From Bryobacterales bacterium (lineage in GTDB: Bacteria > Acidobacteriota > Terriglobia > Bryobacterales > UBA6623): 64,000 nucleotides of DNA. Below the pieces are notes generated by a model that did not search any database, was not told where the DNA came from, and saw only the letters and a program-made list of their open reading frames with translations. Location of the stretch: assembly GCA_963422375.2 (NCBI GenBank), contig OY729428.2, positions 544,001-608,000 on the forward strand, given 5' to 3'. The translations under genes were made by a program, and so were the position numbers. Each line of letters begins with the position of its first letter. The stretch's first letter is position 1. This document shows positions 10,723 through 20,930 of this stretch, piece after piece.

Positions 10723-10870
10723 GACAGGCTCTCCGCAACATGCAGTTCGGCGGCGGCGCGCGAGGGACGGGCCGACGCGCCCTCCGAGCGCGGAAGACAG
10801 AACGGTGCCTCCGCAAGCGCGGGGGCAGCGAGCGCATGACGATTGTCCCTGCGCATGGCGCTCCCCCGTT

Positions 10871-11710
10871 CTACCTCTCCAGCGGCCTGCGCCGGTACTC
10901 GCCGTACATCAGTTCCTCAACGAACTCGACGCACTTGAAGTCCATGATGCGTGCGTCCGCTTCCATCCGCCGGTACAGCGGCAGGGAAATCTTCCACGGG
11001 CGCGTGAAGACCTCGGGATCCTCGATCTCGGCATCGTAACGGATGTGGTTCGGCGATGTCAGCGTGTACCGCTCGACCACGCGCAGCTGGTTGCTGTGGT
11101 GCGTGCCGGAACGGTCGAACCACGTCTGGTCGGTGAAGCCGGTGACCTCGACCACGAGAGTGTCCCCTTCCCAGCGCCCCGCCGACTGGCCCATCCACGC
11201 GTCGGTCTCGGCCGGCCCTACATCGTTCATGTAGATCTCGCGCACCGCCCCGGCGTACTCGTACGCGATGAACACCGAGCTGTCGTTGTGGAAGATCTGG
11301 AACGGGAAGGGCATGTAGGTAGCGCGCGGCACGCCGGGCAGGTAGCAATGGACCTCCGGGTCCCGCTCGATCCAGTGCTTCCGGTTCTCTTCCCGCTTCG
11401 CCGCGGCTTCAGGCTGGTACGGGATCTTCCCGCCCTCGACGACGCCCATCCCGCCAGGCACCGCGCCCACGGCCCCCAAGCGCAGCACCGGCACCGCCGG
11501 CAGGGGCCCGTGAGGTCCGTCGCGGAGCATCATCGCCGGGCGGGCGACATGGCGCTCCACGTCGTAGTGGGCCGAGCCGACGGCTTGCCAGATCCCGTTG
11601 AGGTCGGGCTTTCCGTTCGCGAGTCGCGGCGGTTCGAAGCCGGAGTCTTGGGCCGCCGCCGGGGCAATCCCCGCGACAGCCGCCAGCGCCAAAGCGAGCA
11701 GTCGGGTCAC
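10871..11710 (-). CDS. Secreted hypothetical protein, paralog of 9667-10722
   Basis: Probable GTG start at 11710; GKPDLNGIWQ, DPEVHCYLPGVPR, WMGQSAGRWEGDTLVV, RVVERYT, IEDPEVFTRPW, MDFKCVE. Confidence 0.8.
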   Translation of the reverse strand: MTRLLALALAAVAGIAPAAAQDSGFEPPRLANGKPDLNGIWQAVGSAHYDVERHVARPAMMLRDGPHGPLPAVPVLRLGAVGAVPGGMGVVEGGKIPYQPEAAAKREENRKHWIERDPEVHCYLPGVPRATYMPFPFQIFHNDSSVFIAYEYAGAVREIYMNDVGPAETDAWMGQSAGRWEGDTLVVEVTGFTDQTWFDRSGTHHSNQLRVVERYTLTSPNHIRYDAEIEDPEVFTRPWKISLPLYRRMEADARIMDFKCVEFVEELMYGEYRRRPLER

Positions 11711-11820
11711 GTCATCCAACACGATACCACCGACGCGGAGGCGGCGCACTCCGGGGAGGCACGCCAAGCCGGGCGGTCGACCGCGCGCGCGGCCCAGACC
11801 ATTCCGCTCCGGCGCGCGGT

Positions 11821-14361
11821 TTGATCGCCCGGGCTCCTGCTAGCATTTCCGCCGTGCGACTCCTTGCGCTGGCCATGCTCGCAATCGTTCCCTTGGCGGG
11901 CCTCGAGCCGCTCGCCCAGGATCGCGGAGCTTCCGGGCTCCGGCAGACCCTGCGCAGCCTCGCCAGCCCCTATCGAGTGCTGCACGTGGTCGCGCATCCG
12001 GACGACGAGGACGGCCCGGTCCTGACCTACCTGAGCCGCGGACTGGGCGCGGACGTGACGATCGCGTCGGTCACGCGAGGCGAGTCCGGCGCGAACCTCG
12101 TCACCGGGGACTTCTTCGACGCGCTGGGCGTGCTCCGGACGCTGGAATACCGCAAGGCCGCGCAGTACTACGGGACGCGGCTCCGGTTCACGGCGCTCGC
12201 CGACTTCGGGTACTCCAAGTCGCTGGACGAGACCTTGGCGAAGTGGGACCGCAACCGCGTGACGGCCGATCTGGTCCGCATCATCCGCGAGGAGCGGCCG
12301 CACGTCGTGCTGTCCAAGTGGCACGGCGGCCCGCCCGACGGGCACGGTCACCACCAAGCCGCGGGCCTGCTGGCGGCCGAGGCCTACCGGGCCGCCTCGG
12401 ACGGGTCGCGATACCCCGAGGCCGGAGCGGCGTGGGCGCCCTCCAAGCTGTACCTCGGCAACCGCCGGGAGGGCCAGACCTGGACTCTCGAGATCGATGC
12501 CGGGGTCTACGACCCGCTGCTCGGCATGACGTACGCCCAGATGGCGCGGGAGGGGCTGCGCCACCAGCGCTCCCAAGGGGCCGGCTCGGCCATCGCGGGG
12601 CCGGGCCCGTCCGTCCGGCGGTATCTGCTGGCCGAATCCCGGGTCGGCGCGGCCGAGCGCGAGGAGTCGATCTTCGAGCGCATCGGGCTGTCCCTCCCGG
12701 CCGGCGTCGCCGAGGCGGTCTCGGCGGCCACCCGGGCCTTTTCGTCCGACGATCCCGCGGCTTGCCTGCCCGACCTGCTGCGCGGACTCGAGGCGGTGCG
12801 CGCCGAGCGCCGGGCCGGCGACACCCTCGGCCTCTCGCGCCTCGAGGAGCGGTTCGAGGCCGCTATCCGGCAGTCCATCGGACTCCAATTCGACTTCCTC
12901 GTCGAGCCAGAGCCCGAGGACCGCGGGCGGTTCTCGTCGTTCCGGCCATACGAGACCGTCAGCGTGGCCGTGCCGGGCAGCGCGCTCGAGGCGTCGGTGC
13001 AGTTCCGCGCCGCAGCCCGGCCGCCCGACGAGCTGGAGATTCACGTCGCGGCGCCGGACGGATGGGGGGTCCGGCCCGCCGGACGGAACCGCTTCCGCGT
13101 GAGCGTGCCGGCAGACGCCCGGCACACGGCCGTGCATTGGACCCGGGCATCAGTGCGTGACGCTTCCTACGAGTACGTCGGCCCGAGCCTCTGGGGCCGG
13201 GACCTGCCGCCCGCCCCTCTGCAGGCGGCCGCCTCGTTCCGCTTCGGCGACACGGTCGTGCGAGCGCGCGCAGCGGCGCAGGCCAGCTTCATCGACGAGC
13301 GGCGCGTGCAGCGCCGCAGGGACCTAGCCGTCGGGCCGGCCGTCTCGGTGGAATTCCCGACGGACGCCGGCGCGATCCCGCGGGGCATCGACGCGTACCG
13401 CCTCTCCGTGAGCTTGCGGGGGTACAGCCGCGAGCCGGTGCGCGGGGCGGTGCGGCTGAAGCTTCCCAACGGCTGGGCCGCCGAGCCGGCCGAGGCACCG
13501 TTCGATTTCGCCAAGGAGGGCGAGGCCGCCATGATCGAGTTCTCTGTGCGGCCCGCCCGGAACGCCCCGCCCGGCACCTACGCCATCGAAGCCGAGGCGG
13601 CCTACGAGGGCGGCCGGTCGTCCGCCGGATTCCGCCGGATCCGCTACGGCGACCTCGAAACCGCCTACCTGGCGCGCCCGGCCCGGCACCTGGCGCGCGT
13701 AATCGCGGTGAAGACCGCGCCCGGCCTGCGAATCGGATACGTCGAGGGAACGGGCGACGACGTGCCCGGCAGCATCGGCCAGCTGGGAGCCGAGGTGACT
13801 CTTCTCGACGAAGCGGACCTGGCCTCGGGCGACCTCTCGCGGTTCGACGCGATCCTGCTCGGCATCCGGGCGTACGCCGTGCGCGAGGACCTCAAGGCCC
13901 ACAACGCCCGCCTGCTCGACTACGTCGCGGGCGGCGGCGTGCTGGTGGTCCAGTACAACACCCCCGAGTTCGACAGCAACTACGGCCCCTATCCGTACAG
14001 GATGACCCGGCGGCCGGAGGAGGTCAGCGAGGAGGACTCGCCAGTGCGGATCCTGGCGCCGGACGATCCGGTCTTCAACTGGCCCAACCGCATCGGCCCC
14101 GAGGACTTTCTCGGCTGGGTCGAGCAGCGCGGCTCGAAGTTCCTCGTCGAGTGGGACGACCGCTACGCCGCCCTGCTCGAGACGCACGACACGGGACAGG
14201 CTCCGCAGCGCGGGGGCTGGGTCGCGGCGCGGCACGGCAAGGGCCTATACGTCTACTGCGCGTACGCCTGGTACCGGCAGCTGCCGTACGCCGTGCCCGG
14301 CGCAGTGCGAATCTTCGCCAATATCCTGGCGCTGGGCGCGGCGGACGCCCCGTGGAGATGA
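11821..14361 (+). CDS. PIG-L/LmbE-family deacetylase with Ig-like (NEW3-type) and C-terminal GATase-like domains
   Basis: AHPDDE, TRGESG.N, DFGYSKS, GHGHHQ, HQRSQG; C-terminal IGYVEGTGD...GIRAY...VVQYNT. The true start may be the GTG at ~11854. Confidence 0.88.
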   Translation: MIARAPASISAVRLLALAMLAIVPLAGLEPLAQDRGASGLRQTLRSLASPYRVLHVVAHPDDEDGPVLTYLSRGLGADVTIASVTRGESGANLVTGDFFDALGVLRTLEYRKAAQYYGTRLRFTALADFGYSKSLDETLAKWDRNRVTADLVRIIREERPHVVLSKWHGGPPDGHGHHQAAGLLAAEAYRAASDGSRYPEAGAAWAPSKLYLGNRREGQTWTLEIDAGVYDPLLGMTYAQMAREGLRHQRSQGAGSAIAGPGPSVRRYLLAESRVGAAEREESIFERIGLSLPAGVAEAVSAATRAFSSDDPAACLPDLLRGLEAVRAERRAGDTLGLSRLEERFEAAIRQSIGLQFDFLVEPEPEDRGRFSSFRPYETVSVAVPGSALEASVQFRAAARPPDELEIHVAAPDGWGVRPAGRNRFRVSVPADARHTAVHWTRASVRDASYEYVGPSLWGRDLPPAPLQAAASFRFGDTVVRARAAAQASFIDERRVQRRRDLAVGPAVSVEFPTDAGAIPRGIDAYRLSVSLRGYSREPVRGAVRLKLPNGWAAEPAEAPFDFAKEGEAAMIEFSVRPARNAPPGTYAIEAEAAYEGGRSSAGFRRIRYGDLETAYLARPARHLARVIAVKTAPGLRIGYVEGTGDDVPGSIGQLGAEVTLLDEADLASGDLSRFDAILLGIRAYAVREDLKAHNARLLDYVAGGGVLVVQYNTPEFDSNYGPYPYRMTRRPEEVSEEDSPVRILAPDDPVFNWPNRIGPEDFLGWVEQRGSKFLVEWDDRYAALLETHDTGQAPQRGGWVAARHGKGLYVYCAYAWYRQLPYAVPGAVRIFANILALGAADAPWR

Positions 14362-15998
14362 GCGTGCAGCGGCAGCGCGAGTCGGACGTCGTCGTCATAG
14401 GCAGCGGAGCGTCCGGAGGCATGGCGGCCTGGAACCTCGCCCGCAAGGGCCTGCAGGTCGTGCTGCTCGAAGCCGGCTCGCGGTTCTCCCGGGCCGATTT
14501 CTGGACCCACGTGAAGCCTTGGCAGCGGCGGGAGCGGCTGCGTCGCGGCGAGTCCTCGCCGGCGTTCTTCCTGGACCCGGGGGACCAGCCGTACGACACC
14601 GTCCCGGAACGCCCGTTCTCGCTGACGCGGGTGTGGGGCGTCGGCGGCAAGACCAACGTCTGGGGCCGGCTGTCGCTACGCTACTCGGACCTGAACCTGA
14701 CCGAGCCGGAGCGCGACGGATGGGAGATCCCCTGGCCGGTGCGCTACGGCGACCTGGCGCCCTACTACGACCGCGTGGAGCGGCTGGTCGGAGTGTGCGG
14801 CGGCGACGAGGACCTGCCGTGGCTGCCCGGGTCCGCGCACTACCAGCCCGCCCCGCCCGCGCGCTGCGGGGAAGGGCTGATCCGGGCCGCCGCGCAGGCA
14901 GCCGGCCGGCCCGGCGTCGCGACGCGCCTGGCCGTGCGCACGCAGAACTCGGGCGGCGCGCCCAAGTGCCACTACTGCGGCGCCTGCGGCGAGGGCTGCG
15001 ACACGGCCAGCTTCTTCAATACGGCGGACCACCTGATCCCGCCCGCGCTGGCCACGGGCAACCTGCGCCTCGTCGAGAACGCCGTCGCGGCCCGGATCTT
15101 CGTCGACGAGGAGGCTCGCGCCAGCGGCGTCCAGTACTTCGACCGGCTGACCGGCGCGGAGACGGTCATTCCCGCGAAGCGGGTCGTACTGGGGGCGGGC
15201 TGCGTGGACTCGACTCGCATCCTGCTCAACTCCGTGTCGCGCCGCTTCCCCGACGGCCTCGGCAACGCCTCGGACGCATTGGGGAAGTATCTCTGCGAGC
15301 AGGTGCGCGTGAACGTGCATGGCTTCGCGCCGCAGCTGTACGGAGCCCCGTCGCGGAACGATGACGGCATCAGCGGCGGGCACGTGTACTTCCCGCGGCA
15401 CGACACCCCGGACGGCGCACGCGGCTACCTGCGCGGGTTCGGCATCGAGCTGTGGGACATCGGCTGCCAGGCCAACGCCTCGTACGCCAAGCGCCTGCCG
15501 GGCTTCGGCCGGGAGTTCAAGCGAGCCGTGAAGGAACGCTACCCGGCCCGCATCGAGCTGCACCCTTTCGGCGAGGTGCTGCCGCGGGCGACCAACCGCA
15601 TCACGGTGCATCCCGACAGATCGGACCGATACGGCGTGCCGGTGGCCCGCATCGACTACGACATCGGCGAGAACGAGCGCGCGATGGTCGAAGCGATGTA
15701 CGACAAGATCGAGGAGATACTCCACGCGATGCGAGCCGAAGCGCTCCCGTACCGGCGGGGCGAGATCGATGCTTTCGGAAGCGCGATCCACGAGCACGGG
15801 ACCTGCCGCATGGGCAGCGACCCACGCAAGTCGATGCTGGACGGGTACAACCGGATGCACGAGGTCAGCAACGTTCTGGTGGTCGACGGCTCGGCGTTTC
15901 CCACCGCGACGGAGAAGAACCCGACCCTGACGATCCTCGCTCTCAGCTGGCGCGCCACCGATCGCCTTGCGGAGGGCATCCGGACGGGCGAGGCCTGA
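14358..15998 (+). CDS. GMC-family FAD oxidoreductase
   Basis: GSGASGG FAD motif, VGGKTNVWG, CHYCGAC..GC, IHEHGTCRMG, KNPTLTILAL; ATGA overlap with the upstream gene. Confidence 0.92.
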   Translation: MSVQRQRESDVVVIGSGASGGMAAWNLARKGLQVVLLEAGSRFSRADFWTHVKPWQRRERLRRGESSPAFFLDPGDQPYDTVPERPFSLTRVWGVGGKTNVWGRLSLRYSDLNLTEPERDGWEIPWPVRYGDLAPYYDRVERLVGVCGGDEDLPWLPGSAHYQPAPPARCGEGLIRAAAQAAGRPGVATRLAVRTQNSGGAPKCHYCGACGEGCDTASFFNTADHLIPPALATGNLRLVENAVAARIFVDEEARASGVQYFDRLTGAETVIPAKRVVLGAGCVDSTRILLNSVSRRFPDGLGNASDALGKYLCEQVRVNVHGFAPQLYGAPSRNDDGISGGHVYFPRHDTPDGARGYLRGFGIELWDIGCQANASYAKRLPGFGREFKRAVKERYPARIELHPFGEVLPRATNRITVHPDRSDRYGVPVARIDYDIGENERAMVEAMYDKIEEILHAMRAEALPYRRGEIDAFGSAIHEHGTCRMGSDPRKSMLDGYNRMHEVSNVLVVDGSAFPTATEKNPTLTILALSWRATDRLAEGIRTGEA

Positions 15999-16478
15999 GG
16001 AAGAGGACGGGAGCGGCTTGGAAGACGGGCCGGGTCGCAGACTCGGGCGCACGGGATGCCTGCCACGGTGCCGGTTCCGCCGTGGAAGCTACCAGCGATT
16101 CCCTCGGAGCGCGCCCGGCGGTCCATGACCGATCCGGCTCCCGCTCGCGGGACGGACAGCGGTCTGGTGCCGGCAACCCGGCCGACGGCATTCCCCGCGC
16201 GTCCGGCCTGCCGAGGCAGAGGCCGGCCGGGCGAACCAAGGAATAGCGGTCCCGAGCCGGCGCCGCGCGGCCCGCGCCCGGCCAGCCGACGATTCCCGTC
16301 GGGATTCGATTCGATCATCTCCAACGGCCGCTCTGGGCATCCGGCCTGCCGGGGACGCGGTCATTGCCATCGAGCCCGGTCCGCGCTATCCTCTGCGACA
16401 GCGAGGCGCGACCGGCGATGTCCGTCGCGCAAGGTCGAGCCGGGCACGGTGCCATAGCACCTCCATGGAATCGCCGAG

Positions 16479-19400
16479 GTGCTCCACGCTCTCGCGGTAG
16501 CGGCTCTCGTCGTCGGTGTCTGCACCGGCGCGGCCGCCGCCGATAGCTCGCACGGGCCGGCGGTTCTGGAACGGCGCTGCGTGCATTGCCACGGGCCGGC
16601 AGCCAGCATGGGCGGCCTGGACCTGTCGGCTAGGTCGTCCGCCCTGCAGGGGGGCTCCAGAGGGCCCGCCCTCGCGCCGTCGGATCCCCCGGCAAGCCTG
16701 CTGCTGGAGCGGGTGATGGCGGGAGAGATGCCCCCGCAATCCCCGCTGCCCGCCGCCGAGAAGGAAGTGCTGCGAGCCTGGATCGCGGGCGGAGCCGAGT
16801 GGCCGGGCGCGATCCCCTCCCGCCGGGCCGGGCCGGACTGGTGGTCGCTGCAGCCGCTCGGCACCGAACCATCCGCCGGCGCCCCGCTCGGCACCGCCGG
16901 AATGGCTGGAGTCGCCGCTGGACCGCTGGGTGTACGCGGCCTTGGAGGATGCCGGCCTGCAACCGGCTCCCGAGGCCGGCCGCCGCGATCTGATTCGCAG
17001 GCTGTCGTTCTCCCTGACCGGCCTGCCCCCGGATCCCGGGGAAGTCGAGGCCTTCGTCGCGGACCAATCGCCCGGCGCCTACGAGAGGCTGGTGGACCGC
17101 CTGCTGGCATCGCCCCACTTCGGAGAGCGGTGGGCGCGGCACTGGCTCGACCTGGTGCGGTTCGCCGAGAGCGAGGGTTTCGAGAGGGACCTGCCGCGCG
17201 ACCACGCCTGGCCCTACCGCGACTACGTGATCCGCAGCTCCAACGAAGACAGGCCCTACCTGCAGTTCGCCCGCGAGCAGATCGCGGGCGACGCGATCGA
17301 GCCGGTCGCCTCCGACGGGATCGTCGCGACCACCATGCTGACGCTCGGGCCGGTGGACGCCGTGGGGCTGACCTCGGCGATTCCCGTGGAGCGCATGACG
17401 AGCCGCGAGGACCTTCTCGAGGACATGCTCGGCACGGTGACCCAGACCTTCCTCGGCCTGACGGTCAACTGCGCGCGCTGCCACGACCACAAGTTCGACC
17501 CGATCACGCAGGAAGAGTACTACCGCATGAAAGCCGCGTTCCAGGCGGTCTGGCCGCCCACGCGCCCCGTACCCTCGGCGGGTCTCGACGTGCTCTTCCC
17601 TCACGGCAGGCCCGCGCTCTCCCCCGCTCGGGAGCGCGCCCGGGCGGACCGCGTGAACCGGCTCGAGGGGCGGATCGCGCACCTCGCCGCGGAGCTGGGC
17701 GGTCTCTACCGCAGCGCCCGCCCCTCGGATCTTCCGGACGAGGCACCGCGTCCCTTCGCGCGTTGGACGTTCGACGCCGACGGCCGCGCGGATCTGGCTC
17801 CGCTGCACCTGCGGTTCGTGGGCGCTGCGGAGGTCGGCGGGGGCTCCTTCCGCCTCCGGCGCAGCGAGCCCGGCCAGCAGCTGGAAGCTTCCGGCCGGGG
17901 CGAAGGCGACGAGGCGATCGGCAAGACCGGTTTCGGCGTCAGCCCGAAGCTGGCCGGCAACATCCGCGAGAGAACCCTCGAGGCCTGGCTCGGCGCGCGG
18001 TCGGAGCCGGACGCCTCGGCAACCGTGATGGAAATCCGGGGTCTCAGCGGCTACCGGGGCGCGGCGGTCGACGGAATTCGCTTCGTGGCGGGCGAGCGCT
18101 CGCGGTGGGAGAACTACTCGGTCGGGCGCTTCCGCTCGGCCCGCGCCGCGGCGGCACCGGAACGGCTCGCCGCCGGGGACCGGGTCCACCTGGCCTTCGC
18201 GTACGCCGCGGACGGCACCATCGCGCTGTTCCGCAACGGCAAGCCGTACGGCGAGCCGTACAAGCCGGACCCGGGCGTTGCCGCGGGCCGTCTGCAGACA
18301 TACCCGGCCGGCGACGCCGTGGTGCGCTTCGCGGCCGGGAAGCAATTCGACATCGCGGAAGCGCGGCTGTACGACCGGGCCCTCTCCCCCGCGGAAGTCG
18401 ACGCGTCCTACCGCAACGGGATCCGGGACTTCACCCGCGACCAACTGGCCGGGCTCGCGCAGGCCGGCCGACGCGACCGGATCGAGACGCTGGAGCGGGA
18501 ACTGGCCGGCCTCCGCGAGGAGCTGGCCGCCCTGCCGGAGCCCGCGCTGACGCACGCGGCGCTTGTCCGCGACGAGGGGCCGACCCATGTCCTGCTGCGA
18601 GGGGCGGCGGACCGGCCGGGCAAGCGAGTGCAGCCGGGCGGCCTCGCCTGCGTCGAGGACGAGGGCGCCTCCGAGGGGGCGCGGCGACGCTCGATGGCGG
18701 AGTGGATCGCGAACCGAATCTGGCAAGGCCATTTCGGGCACGGATTCGTGTCCAATCCGAGCGACCTCGGCTACAACGGCGGCCGGCCGAGCCATCCGGA
18801 GCTGCTGGACTGGCTCGCAGGCGAGCTGGTCAGTCGCGACTGGAGCCTGAAGGCTCTGCACAGGCTGGTCGTGACGTCGCGGGCGTACCGTCAGTCCTCG
18901 CGATTCGCCCCGCGAGCGGCCGCCGTCGACGCGGGCAACCGCCTCCTGTGGCGCTTCCCCTCCCGGCGGCTCGACGGGGAGGCCGCGCGCGACGCGATGC
19001 TGGCGGCGAGCGGGGAACTCAACGGGGCCCTGCACGGCCCGAGCTTCCGGCCGTTCGAGTTCGGCGAGCAGCGCGGCAGCCTGAGGAACTACGTGCTGAC
19101 CGGCGCGGACACGCCCGCGCACCGCCGCCGGACGATCTACCGCATGAACGTGATCACCGGCCGAGACCCGCTGCTCGAGGCGCTCGACTGCCCGATCCCG
19201 TCCACCAGGACCCCGCGGCGGCGATCGACGACGACCGCCCTGCAGGCGCTGAGCCCGATGAACAGCGCGTTCGTCCAGCAGCGGGCGCGGGGGTTCGCCG
19301 CCCGCCTGCAGCGAGAGGCTCCCGACCCGGCCCGCCGGATCCGGCGGGCGTTCGCGCTAGCGCTCGGCCGCCCGCCCCGCCGAGGGGAGATGGAGAGCAG

Positions 19401-19482
19401 CCTGCGCCTGGCGGAACGGGCGGGCCTCGAAGCCCTCTGCTGGGGGCTACTCAACACAAGCGAGTTCCTGTATGTCCGCTAG
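16479..19482 (+). pseudogene. Planctomycete-type cytochrome c (PSCyt1) + DUF1549 + LamG-like + DUF1553 protein, one frameshift at ~16880-16900
   Basis: N-terminal frame: signal peptide, CVHCHG, EMPP, WI.GGAEW, WWSLQPL. Second frame: SPLDRWV..L, LIRRLSFSLTGLPP, SPHFGERWARHWLD, CARCHDHKFDP, PSHPELLDWLA, RRLDGE..RD, LLNTSEFLY. May be a sequencing error or real decay. Confidence 0.85.
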
Positions 19483-20866
19483 GCTCGGCCGGCGACGGCT
19501 GCTCCTTGACGCCGCGGGCGGCTTCGGATGGGGCGCGCTGGCTGCCCTGCTCCCCCGCGAGGCCCTCGGCAGCGCGGCGCCGGCCCCGGCGCTTGGCGCG
19601 GGCCGGCACCTGCCGCCACGCGCCAAGCGCGTGATCCAGATCTTCGCCCTCGGCGGGATGAGCCACGTAGACACGTTGGACTTTAAGCCCGCGCTGCGCG
19701 AGCGCAACGGCACGCCCTATTCCATGCCCACCTTCTTCGGGCAGGGCGGCAACCTGCGCGGGTCGCCGTGGCCCTTCCGCCAGCACGGCGCCAGCGGCCA
19801 GTGGGTCAGCGCGCTGCTGCCCGCCATTGCCGGCCAGGCCGACCGGCTGACGGTCATCCGGAGCGTGGTCTCCAAGAGCGCCAACCACATGCCGGCGGTC
19901 GCGCAGATGAACACCGGCTTCGTACTCACGGGCTTCCCGGCGATGGGAGCCTGGGTGACCTACGCGCTGGGCTCGGAGAACGCGGACCTGCCGGCTTTCG
20001 TGGTGCTGCCCGACGCGAACAGCCATCCCTGGGGCGGCTCGGCCCAGTGGACGCACGGCTTCCTGCCCGCGACCGCGCAGGGGACCGCGTTCCGGACCCA
20101 CGCGGACGGGGATCCCGTGCCCGACCTAGCCACCCCGGAAGGGGTCGCGCCGGAAGTCCGGGCCGCGGCCGCGGCATGGCTGCGCGGGATGAGCAGCGAG
20201 TACGCCCGCAGCCGTCCCGGCGACTCGAGCCTGGAAGCGCGCGTGCGCAGCTACGAGGTGGCCGCCCGGATGCAGCTGACCGTGCCGGAAATCGCCGACC
20301 TGGACCGCGAGTCGGCAGCGACGCGCGAGCTCTACGGCCTAGCCGGGGAGGAGACGGCCGGCCTGGCGCGGAACTGCCTGCTGGCGCGGCGGCTCGTCGA
20401 GCGCGGCGTGCGGTTCGTGCAGGTCTATCAAGGCGGGTCGGGCAAGAGCTGGGACGCCCATTCCGGCCTGGTCTCCAACCACGAGAAGATGGCGCGGGAG
20501 TACGACCGGCCCGTGGCGGGCCTGCTGGCCGACCTCGCCGGACGCGGCCTGCTGGAGGACACCTTGGTGATGGGCGTCACGGAGTTCGGCCGCACGCCGG
20601 TCTCGCAGGGCGCCGGGCGGGACCACCATCCGAGCTGCTTCACGTGCTGGATGGCGGGGGGCGGGCTCGCGCCCGGCCTGTCCTACGGCGCGTCCGACGA
20701 AGTGGGCTGCAACCCGGCCGAGAGCCCGGTGTCGATCTACGACCTGCACGCGACCGCCCTGCACCTGCTGGGTCTGGACCACGAGCGGCTGACGTTTTAC
20801 CACAACGGCATCGACCGCCGACTCACCGACGTGCATGGCCGCGTGATCGAGGGGCTCGTCGCCTGA
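19472..20866 (+). CDS. DUF1501-family protein with Tat-like signal
   Basis: RRRLL; AKRVIQIF..GGMSHVDT.D.KP; WV.YALGSEN..LPAFVV; LLARRLVERGVRFVQ; WDAH; EFGRTP; GRDHHP; LTDVHG. Confidence 0.92.
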   Translation: MSARLGRRRLLLDAAGGFGWGALAALLPREALGSAAPAPALGAGRHLPPRAKRVIQIFALGGMSHVDTLDFKPALRERNGTPYSMPTFFGQGGNLRGSPWPFRQHGASGQWVSALLPAIAGQADRLTVIRSVVSKSANHMPAVAQMNTGFVLTGFPAMGAWVTYALGSENADLPAFVVLPDANSHPWGGSAQWTHGFLPATAQGTAFRTHADGDPVPDLATPEGVAPEVRAAAAAWLRGMSSEYARSRPGDSSLEARVRSYEVAARMQLTVPEIADLDRESAATRELYGLAGEETAGLARNCLLARRLVERGVRFVQVYQGGSGKSWDAHSGLVSNHEKMAREYDRPVAGLLADLAGRGLLEDTLVMGVTEFGRTPVSQGAGRDHHPSCFTCWMAGGGLAPGLSYGASDEVGCNPAESPVSIYDLHATALHLLGLDHERLTFYHNGIDRRLTDVHGRVIEGLVA

Positions 20867-20930
20867 GCGGGGCGGCCGCGTCCGGTCGCTTGCCGGAACG
20901 CCTCCCGAATCGCTACGCTGTGAGTACCGC

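Noticed and set aside
15999..16478. GC-rich intergenic region with local hairpins (similarly 54460-54784 and 55421-55897)
   Set aside because: Stems of this size are expected at this GC content; no tRNA or known ncRNA pattern recognised
16479..19634. 1051-aa ORF as an independent gene
   Set aside because: Only the first ~135 aa are meaningful; the rest is off-frame read-through after the frameshift
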